Part shown: positions 1-5,869 of the stretch, piece after piece
How positions within the stretch are numbered: position 1 is the stretch's first letter
How the letters are laid out: each line of letters opens with the position of its first letter
Origin: Candidatus Wukongarchaeum yapensis
GTDB lineage: Archaea; Asgardarchaeota; Wukongarchaeia; Wukongarchaeales; Wukongarchaeaceae
DNA length: 7,689 nucleotides
NCBI GenBank assembly: GCA_016840425.1
Contig: JAEOSI010000104.1
Coordinates: 1 to 7,689, forward strand
Direction: 5' to 3'
Translations under genes and position numbers: made by a program
Notes under the pieces: model-generated
What the model saw: only the letters and a program-made list of their open reading frames with translations
What the model was told of the DNA's origin: nothing
Databases searched by the model: none

Positions 1-1016
1 TTTTTAAGACCCTTGGCAAATACAACCTAATAGCCCTACTAGCTGCAGAAGACAAAGATACACTGGAAAGTATAACCTTTGAGAAATGTTCTATTAGAAC
101 TCAGGAAGGCGTCTGGAGTTCCGAATTTTACCCAATATGTGGGATCTTTTACTCCCCTTTCCTTCCAATGAGGAAAGACGCGTGCCAAAAAGCCTCAGAT
201 AAAAGCCCTTGCGGCGCATACTGCGTAACTTGTGAGAGTTTCGAAAAAGATAAATGCGTAGGATGCTGGACAACAAAACACTACAAAGGACGTTTCAAAA
301 ATGTTCAACAGGCAAAAGCAAGAAACCAAAAACTTTCAAAACCAGCCCACTCAAAAAATCTTCTCCCAAAGCAGTTTTATTTTTTAGAAAAGGAATTAAA
401 AATGGATAACACCGATGGGGAAATAATTGACGGCACCGATGGGGTAATAGGTCGAGAACTTTTAAAGAACGCGCGAAAAACCTACAAGGAAATCGGAGAA
501 ATCATCGGATATACAACAATGGGTGCAAAAAAAAGATTGGACAAATTCCTAAAAAGCCAACTAATCAAGCCTACAATCCTCTTTAACGTAAAAGAATTCA
601 AACTACATCTCGCCCTTGTTTTCTTAGAGATAGAAAATGATGAAAAATTAAGGGAAATCTTTCTAAAGTTTGAAAAATGCCCAAATGTAATCTATGTTTT
701 TAAGACCCTTGGCAAATACAACCTAATAGCCCTACTAGCTGCAGAAGACAAAGATACACTGGAAAGTATAACCTTTGAGAAATGTTCTATTAGAACTCAG
801 GAAGGCGTCTTGCGCTCCGAATTTTACCTAATAGGCAAGATCTTTTACTCTCCTTTCCTCCCGATGAGGAAAGGCCTATGTCACAAAGACTTAGATAAAA
901 GCCCTTGCGACACATACTGCGTAATTTGTTTGAATTTCGAAAAAGATAAATGCATAGGATGCTGGGCAACAAAACACTACAAAGGACGTTTCAAAAATGT
1001 TCAACAGGCAAAAGCA
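1..1016 (+). repeat. Direct duplication, 1-320 vs 697-1016 (offset 696 nt = 232 codons)
   Basis: By manual alignment: 1-114 is identical to 697-810, and 271-320 is identical to 967-1016. The 156 nt between them carry 27 substitutions and no indels. Confidence 0.95.
3..401 (+). CDS. 3' part of an upstream Lrp/AsnC-family regulator paralog with Cys-rich tail (5'-truncated by the window edge; no stop, reads in frame into the next gene)
   Basis: The frame is open from nt 3 (FKTLGKYNLIALLAAEDKDTLESITFEKCSIRTQEGVWSSEFYPICGIFYSPFLPMRKDAC...) with no stop before 1040. Nt 1-320 are a near-copy of 697-1016, the C-terminal half of the downstream regulator. The ORF-track start at 168 is an internal Met. 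Confidence 0.75.
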
Positions 1017-1040
1017 GAACACCAAACCGTGAGAAGATAA
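402..1040 (+). CDS. Lrp/AsnC-family transcriptional regulator (212 aa) with C-terminal Cys-rich, DUF3795-like motif
   Basis: ATG at 402 (MDNTDG...). AsnC-type HTH: RELLKNARKTYKEIGEIIGYTTMGAKKRLDKFLKSQLIK. RAM-like effector domain: ...PNVIYVFKTLGKYNLIALLAAED.... Tail: SPCDTYCVICLNFEKDKCIGC. Stop TAA at 1038-1040. Confidence 0.85.
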   Translation: MDNTDGEIIDGTDGVIGRELLKNARKTYKEIGEIIGYTTMGAKKRLDKFLKSQLIKPTILFNVKEFKLHLALVFLEIENDEKLREIFLKFEKCPNVIYVFKTLGKYNLIALLAAEDKDTLESITFEKCSIRTQEGVLRSEFYLIGKIFYSPFLPMRKGLCHKDLDKSPCDTYCVICLNFEKDKCIGCWATKHYKGRFKNVQQAKAEHQTVRR

Positions 1041-1044
1041 GGTA

Positions 1045-1079
1045 ATTTTTTTGAAATTTTATACTTTGGGAAATTTTTT
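1045..1079 (+). terminator. Probable archaeal T-tract terminator after the regulator
   Basis: Several T runs (ttttttt, tttt, tttttt) directly after the stop at 1040. Confidence 0.45.
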
Positions 1080-1087
1080 CATACATC

Positions 1088-1323
1088 ATGCTTAGACCTG
1101 TTCAAAGCACAGCGCCGAAGAGCTCCTATCTCACCAGGTTCAAAGCGTTGTTTATGGTATTATATGAGGGAGAGCTCTCTCCTCTCACAAGAGTTCGCGG
1201 AGACGGAGGGTCTTGGAGAAGCTGGCGAAAGCCTTTTAGGATAGAGCGTTGAAGATCTTCAACGCCGAGAGAACCACGAGGGAAGACTGCTTGAAAAACC
1301 TCCTAGCTTGGGCAAAGTGGTAA
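1088..1323 (+). pseudogene. Possible decayed DDE transposase fragment (IS256/IS66-like CxxH region)
   Basis: GC-richer than its flanks. Broken frames give KRCLWYYMRE (1143-1172; one T>C change would give RCLWHYMRE) and RVLEKLAKAF*DRALKIFNAERTTREDCLKNLLAWAKW. No terminal inverted repeats were identified. Confidence 0.25.
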
Positions 1324-1505
1324 TTATAAACGTTGTCTCACGCATTTTTACTCTTATAAAAATACCCAGAAAAAACCTCTCCAACAACCTAAAAAACAGC
1401 TATAATAAGAATAAAAACATTATCACTCCCCTAATTTTGCAACACCATTTAACGAAAATACCTATTGTTAAACACTCGGGCTGGGAGGTCGATTAACATT
1501 TTCTA

Positions 1506-1520
1506 GTTTAAAATCTAAAC
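1506..1520. promoter_or_regulatory. Candidate operator GTTTA-N5-TAAAC upstream of the corrinoid gene
   Basis: GTTTAAAATCTAAAC. The same inverted repeat occurs at 5398 and 5460, upstream of the paralogous remnant. Confidence 0.5.
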
Positions 1521-1590
1521 AAAACTAAAGAAAAATACACATATAGCATACAAAAAACATACCTCCTCAAGTAAAAATATACATACACAG

Positions 1591-1612
1591 TTAAAAAAAA
1601 GCATATATTATA
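1591..1612 (+). promoter_or_regulatory. Candidate BRE/TATA region for the corrinoid-methyltransferase operon
   Basis: A-rich stretch followed by TATATTATA (1604-1612), about 60 nt upstream of ATG 1674. Confidence 0.4.
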
Positions 1613-1662
1613 CCATGGGAGATTCGTTTACGGTGTAAGAACTAGTAATAAATCTTGGTGAT

Positions 1663-1669
1663 GAGGTGA
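1663..1669 (+). promoter_or_regulatory. Shine-Dalgarno site
   Basis: GAGGTGA ending 4 nt before ATG 1674. Confidence 0.75.
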
Positions 1670-1673
1670 AAAA

Positions 1674-2333
1674 ATGTCTAGGGAAGAAATTTTGAAACAG
1701 TTAGCTGATGCTGTTATAAACGGTGAAGAAGAGCTTTGCGCCGAATTGGCTCAAAAAGCTTTGAATGCGGGAATTAGCGCTTATGATGCGATTATGGAGG
1801 GTTGCGCAGAAGGCATGAAGGTCGTCAGCGACAGGTATGAAAACTGTGAAATATTTGTCCCGGAAATCCTCGTATGCTCAACTGCGATGTATAAGGCGAT
1901 GGACGTATTAAAGCCCCATTTGAAAGTCGATAAGGCCGACATGCCGGGAACAGCGGTTATAGGCGTTATCGAAGGCGATGTGCATGATATCGGTAAGAAT
2001 CTTGTTAGAATGTTGCTTGATGCAGCAGGATTCGTCGTCCACGATCTAGGACGAGATGTTCAGCTGGAATCTTTCATCGAAAAAGCTAAGGAATCTGAAG
2101 CTGATCTCATTGCCTGTTCCACGCTGATGACTACGACCATGTTCGGCATGAAAGATCTGGTTGATATGTTAAAAGACAAAGGGGTAAGAGAACAGTTTAA
2201 AGTGATGATTGGTGGTAGTGCTGTTTCGCAAGAATTTGCTAATAAAATAGCTGCTGACGGTTACGCTGAAGACGCTGCAAGAGGCGTAAAGCTTGCTAAA
2301 GAATTGATACGCGAACGCGTACGCGAAAGATAG
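1674..2333 (+). CDS. Methyltransferase cognate corrinoid (B12-binding) protein, MtaC/MtbC/MttC/MtsB-like
   Basis: N-terminal helical cap (GMKVVSDRYENCEIFVPEIL), base-off/His-on motif EGDVHDIGKNLV (D102-x-H104-x-x-G107), STLMTTT and MIGGSAVSQEFA motifs. Good SD. The substrate subfamily cannot be assigned by eye. Confidence 0.95.
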   Translation: MSREEILKQLADAVINGEEELCAELAQKALNAGISAYDAIMEGCAEGMKVVSDRYENCEIFVPEILVCSTAMYKAMDVLKPHLKVDKADMPGTAVIGVIEGDVHDIGKNLVRMLLDAAGFVVHDLGRDVQLESFIEKAKESEADLIACSTLMTTTMFGMKDLVDMLKDKGVREQFKVMIGGSAVSQEFANKIAADGYAEDAARGVKLAKELIRERVRER

Positions 2334-2342
2334 GTGAAAAAA

Positions 2343-3458
2343 ATGAGTATTGAATTTGCACCCGTAAATCAAGAATGGTTTGAAGAAGGAAGTCTGAGAG
2401 CATCTGCCTTTTTCCGTGGAGAGGTCCCGGACAGAATCCCATCCAACCCCTTTGCGATGTCATATTGCGCTCGCCTTTTCGGTTATACAATAAATGATTG
2501 GTATACAAATCCAACTTTCGGTGTCAAATCCACGTTAGCTGCATTCGAACTCCACGACATTGCACCAATGATCATGTGGCTTTATGCAGTTTATTGGACC
2601 GAAGACTACGGTGGAAAAATCAAGATGCCAACTGGGCGCATGTCTGCTCCCGCCGTCATAGATTCGCCTATTAAAGAGCCGGAAGATGTCGATAAATTCG
2701 AGGTACTGAGTATTGAAGAGCTCAAAAAAGGACCCACCATGAAAGCCCATTATGAAGCTCTTGAAGCGGCAAAAAAACTTACAGGCAAATTCTTTGCACC
2801 GTACCAGTTTCCGTATGGCATGTATACGGTTGCAGGTTTCTGGGCGTCGCCCGAAAGACTCATGTATTGGACAAACAAGCGGCCGGATCTCGTGCACAAA
2901 ATAATGCAGAAAGTCGTTGATCACAGCGTAAACATTAATAAATTAGTAGCAGACGAATACGGTAGCGCCAGCATAATCACTGGCTCTATCCTAGCGGGTA
3001 GCCAAACGCTATCTCCTGAACAATGCAAGGAGTTCAACATAAGATACTTAAAAGAAATGGTTGAACGTTCCCTCAAAGCTGGCGCTGGTCCCATGGTTTT
3101 ATACCATCTTTGTGGAGACCATAAACGTGACTGGAGGCTACACGACATAGTCCCTATAACCCCTGCCACGGTAATGCATGTCGCCTACGAAGGCCCAGAA
3201 GTTGCAGACTATACAAACGTAATGGAAGTATTCGGCAATAAATGTTGCCTGTTGGGAAACTTCCCTACAACGCTTATGCAACTAGGCAGTCCTAAAGAAG
3301 TTTATGACGAAGCAAAGAAACATGTCCTTTTGTGCAAAGAAAGCCCGAAAGGCTATATTTTTGGCTGCGCTTGTGAACTGCCCCCGTTCGCCACCCCTGG
3401 TAACGTTAACGCATACATGAAAGCATCAAAAGATTACGGAAAACTGTCTAAGGCTTGA
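2343..3458 (+). CDS. Methylcobamide-dependent Zn methyltransferase, MtaA/MtbA/MtsA-like (uroporphyrinogen decarboxylase fold)
   Basis: N-terminal GEVPDRIP, then LSPEQCKEF, Zn motif H255-L-C257-G, LLGNFPTTLMQLGSPKEV and C-terminal GCAC344ELPPFATPGNVNA (numbered from ATG 2343). SD AGGTGA (2332-2337) overlaps the upstream stop, so ATG 2343 is preferred over GTG 2334. Confidence 0.9.
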   Translation: MSIEFAPVNQEWFEEGSLRASAFFRGEVPDRIPSNPFAMSYCARLFGYTINDWYTNPTFGVKSTLAAFELHDIAPMIMWLYAVYWTEDYGGKIKMPTGRMSAPAVIDSPIKEPEDVDKFEVLSIEELKKGPTMKAHYEALEAAKKLTGKFFAPYQFPYGMYTVAGFWASPERLMYWTNKRPDLVHKIMQKVVDHSVNINKLVADEYGSASIITGSILAGSQTLSPEQCKEFNIRYLKEMVERSLKAGAGPMVLYHLCGDHKRDWRLHDIVPITPATVMHVAYEGPEVADYTNVMEVFGNKCCLLGNFPTTLMQLGSPKEVYDEAKKHVLLCKESPKGYIFGCACELPPFATPGNVNAYMKASKDYGKLSKA

Positions 3459-3488
3459 TCTCTCCTCTTTTCTCTTTCTTTTTTTTAT
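3459..3488 (+). terminator. Pyrimidine/T-tract terminator after the methyltransferase
   Basis: tctctcctcttttctctttctttttttt directly after TGA 3456-3458. An imperfect hairpin (cagcaagat...atctttgctg, 3498-3524) follows. Confidence 0.6.
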
Positions 3489-3534
3489 CTGTTGATGCAG
3501 CAAGATCCTGAAGAATCTTTGCTGTTACCACACC

Positions 3535-3549
3535 GCAAACTTATTAAGG
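3535..3549 (+). promoter_or_regulatory. Candidate archaeal promoter (BRE + TATA) for the Cys-rich gene
   Basis: gcaaacTTATTAAgg resembles an archaeal BRE-TATA. A second AT-rich stretch lies at 3581-3594. Confidence 0.4.
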
Positions 3550-3636
3550 AAAAGCTTTTTTCATGGTCTCTTCTAGAAGATAATAATTAATATAGGAAGC
3601 TTACGCATGGAGAAATGATTGTAAGGTGGATTTATA

Positions 3637-3945
3637 ATGGTATTAACTTCATGTTTGAGAAATATTGGCGTGACTGAAAAACTCCTAAAAACCAAGAAGC
3701 TTATCAAGTGTCCAAAGTGCAACTTCGAGTTCGATCTCATGTATTCAAGAGCAATTGCCTGCCAAGGATGCCGTTATGCGATTTTAGGATGCGACGCTGC
3801 GAGATGCCCTAAGTGCGATCACGAGTTTCCGCTCAAGCAAACTGGATTAGCCAAGACGAAGGAATCTTCAAAAGAGTTAGCTGATTATATGTCAAAAATA
3901 GTGGCTGATTATATCAAATCTTTCGGAGAAAACCCTTCAAGATAA
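3637..3945 (+). CDS. Small Cys-rich putative metal-binding protein (102 aa), function unknown
   Basis: SD-like AAGGTGGA at 3623-3630. Pattern CPKC-x13-CQGC-x6-C-x4-CPKC, followed by a predicted amphipathic helix (SKELADYMSKIVADYIKSFG). Confidence 0.85.
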   Translation: MVLTSCLRNIGVTEKLLKTKKLIKCPKCNFEFDLMYSRAIACQGCRYAILGCDAARCPKCDHEFPLKQTGLAKTKESSKELADYMSKIVADYIKSFGENPSR

Positions 3946-4060
3946 TAATCAATTATTAGGACTTAATGCTATTGAACCTGTTCATAAACCAGTTAGGATT
4001 CCTCAGCATGTCTTGAAAAGGCTATAGAATCATCAAAACAACCTAAAAGAGGCTGTTAAT

Positions 4061-4786
4061 ATGCTGGCAAAACGTGAACAAATAACTTTTAAAATAATCA
4101 ATCCAGCCAACGTGCAAGACCACCCTACCCTAAAAGATCTTAGGGGTGACTACATAGTTAACATCTGTAATAAGTGTCAAAGGATCATTGATTACCAGTT
4201 TTCCAAAAGCATCAAAAAAGGCATCAAGGGATTCTTGTTCCACGGAAATGTTGGCGTGGGTAAAACTACGCTCGCAAAGGTTTTAGCCAAAGAAACCAAT
4301 TCTAAACTCCTATTCATTGACGGCTCCGACATTGCAAAGGCGAAATACGGTCAATCAGAACAAGAATTGAAACACATGTTTGAAGAAGCCCTAAATCATG
4401 ACCAGCTCATCATCTTGTTCGATGATGTGGAATCCATATTCATGGCAAGAGGAGCAACCTATGTGCGAGAGTGGCACTTCGCGCAAAATTCAGTGTTCTT
4501 CCATAAAGTAGATGAACTTGATACGTCAAAGAATTTCCTGATCCTTACAACCAATCGCTTCGACTTGCTTGATCACGCAATAACCGACAGGTTTTTGTGC
4601 ATAGAATTTCCCATTCCAAACACTAAAATCCTAATCGAGATAGCGAAATTCAAGTGCTCGAACTTCGACCTCCCTCCAAACGTCGTTCAAAAAGTTACGG
4701 AAAGAATATTAAACGACTGTTGTGAAAGCGTAAGAGGCGTAGAAAATATAGTGATCGAAGAGTTTGTAAGATACGTGACCTCATAA
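4061..4786 (+). CDS. Single-domain AAA+ ATPase (classic-clade-like), no N-domain
   Basis: Walker A GNVGVGKT (4244-4267), IDGSDIAKAKYGQSE pore-loop region, Walker B LIILFDDVE, sensor-1 TTN and SRH-like DLLDHAITDRF. Confidence 0.9.
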   Translation: MLAKREQITFKIINPANVQDHPTLKDLRGDYIVNICNKCQRIIDYQFSKSIKKGIKGFLFHGNVGVGKTTLAKVLAKETNSKLLFIDGSDIAKAKYGQSEQELKHMFEEALNHDQLIILFDDVESIFMARGATYVREWHFAQNSVFFHKVDELDTSKNFLILTTNRFDLLDHAITDRFLCIEFPIPNTKILIEIAKFKCSNFDLPPNVVQKVTERILNDCCESVRGVENIVIEEFVRYVTS

Positions 4787-5397
4787 GCCTTTCCATATTG
4801 AAAGCAGGTTCCTGCTTGGGTTAGTCGTTATAAAATGCCTTGCTTAAATAAAGATCGAATCCATAAAACCAGAATCTTATCAAAGTCAGATAACTTAAAA
4901 ACGATCTCTCTCGTTTTTCCTCCTCTGTTCCCCTTCTCTTTGCAGTTTCCTCCCCAGAGTATCTACATACTCTCCAATAAGCGATAAACCAATCTTTCTA
5001 ACCTTTCCTAACCGCTTTCAACCTTTCTCCAAATCCTCCCCCTTAGAAGGGTCAATAAACTCTCATATTGCATAAATATTTTGTTGGGTTTTGTATTAGA
5101 AGCGCACTGAGACCTTCAACGGCTCTGGATTACGGCGACCATGATGTTGTTTTGTTCAAAATCACAGTATTCTTTAACAATAACTTGCCCGCTCCTTTTT
5201 TCTCTACAGTGAGTCTAGAATCAGATTTTCGCTTGATTATAGGCAAGATCTGATCGACTTATTTTACCTTTTATTTAGCGTTTATCTGGTAAATCTTAGG
5301 TAATGTATTTACCATACCTTCGACTGAGAAAGGGATAACTTCTTTAAAGGGTTTCATGAAAAACTGTTCTTTATCCACATCATCCATTTCTATTACT

Positions 5398-5477
5398 GTT
5401 TAAAAAATAAACGATGATTTTGATTCAAAAAATTTTGTTGTTTTACTTCAAATTATTTAGTTTAAAAAATAAACGAT
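5398..5477. repeat. 18-bp exact direct repeat GTTTAAAAAATAAACGAT (5398-5415 and 5460-5477), each copy containing GTTTA-N5-TAAAC
   Basis: Read directly from the sequence. Spacing is 62 nt, within a very AT-rich promoter-like region. Confidence 0.85.
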
Positions 5478-5548
5478 AATTATTTAAATAGTTAAATTTT
5501 AAACTTACTCGCTTCCTAGCAATGATTCTGGGTACCAGAGCAGAAAAT

Positions 5549-5803
5549 ATGTCTGAAAAAGCGATTCTAAAAGAATTGGCTGATACTGCCGTAAAAAGGC
5601 ATATCATAACAGGAAGTGTAGACCCAACCGCTATATTAATTGGATCATTTGATGAGGTGTTACAACTCTGCAAACAAGATATAGAGAAAGCAAAGCACTC
5701 CCCACAAGATTACATGCTAGGAAGATGATATGAACCCCCCCCAAGGACACCTTCAGTGAAGGTACATGCCTCCATCAAAGCAGCAGGGAAATGCGGAAAA
5801 TAG
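5549..5803 (+). pseudogene. Collapsed corrinoid/methyltransferase remnant: corrinoid-protein N-terminus fused in frame to an MtaA/MtbA C-terminus, with an internal TGA
   Basis: MSEKAILKELADTAVK matches MSREEILKQLADAVIN (8/16 identical). The rest, HIITGSVDPTAILIGSFDEVLQLCKQDIEKAKHSPQDYMLGR*YEPPPRTPSVKVHASIKAAGKCGK*, aligns to CCLLGNFPTTLMQLGSPKEVYDEAKKHVLLCKESPKGYIFGCACELPPFATPGNVNAYMKASKDYGK. The frame continues past TGA 5726-5728 to TAG 5801-5803. Confidence 0.8.
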
Positions 5804-5869
5804 TAAGGCATTCCCCCTCTGGTTTTTTGGTTCTATAGTGAAATTCTGAATGTTAGGGGTGATGGATAT

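Noticed and set aside
94-972. Minus-strand ORFs 94-276 and 790-972
   Set aside because: They are antisense shadows of the regulator copies and resemble each other only because of the duplication.
1-1016. Diversity-generating retroelement template/variable repeat pair
   Set aside because: The substitutions are not adenine-specific (G/T, T/C, G/C and C/T changes occur), both copies are coding, and no reverse transcriptase is in view.
1150-1320. Cobalamin riboswitch upstream of the corrinoid gene
   Set aside because: Only a vague CCAC...GGGAAG resemblance near 1274-1286. The conserved GGGAA-GGTG-AA-TCC core and B12 box are not recognisable, and the site is about 400 nt from the start codon.
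1308-1496. 62-aa ORF with TTG start
   Set aside because: AT-rich, low-complexity sequence with no SD or motif, lying in the promoter region.
2169-3169. Minus-strand ORFs 2169-2372, 2296-2514, 2535-2924 and 2921-3169
   Set aside because: They lie antisense within the well-supported corrinoid and methyltransferase genes and have no recognisable motifs.
4880-4945. Tyrosine-recombinase-like motif on the minus strand (KGNRGGKTREIVF)
   Set aside because: It only loosely resembles GKGxKxRxV. No box I Arg or HxxR motif is found in any nearby frame.
5068-5253. 61-aa plus-strand ORF
   Set aside because: TTG start, no SD and no motif. Probably spurious.
5398-5477. CRISPR mini-array
   Set aside because: Only two 18-bp AT-rich copies, no leader and no cas genes. 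An operator duplication fits better.
5443-5673. 76-aa minus-strand ORF
   Set aside because: It is antisense to the methyltransferase remnant and runs into the AT-rich promoter region.
5726-5728. In-frame TGA as selenocysteine
   Set aside because: It aligns to the non-ligand position of GCACE, while the ligand Cys itself is Tyr, and the ORF is a deletion remnant. A nonsense mutation is the simpler explanation.
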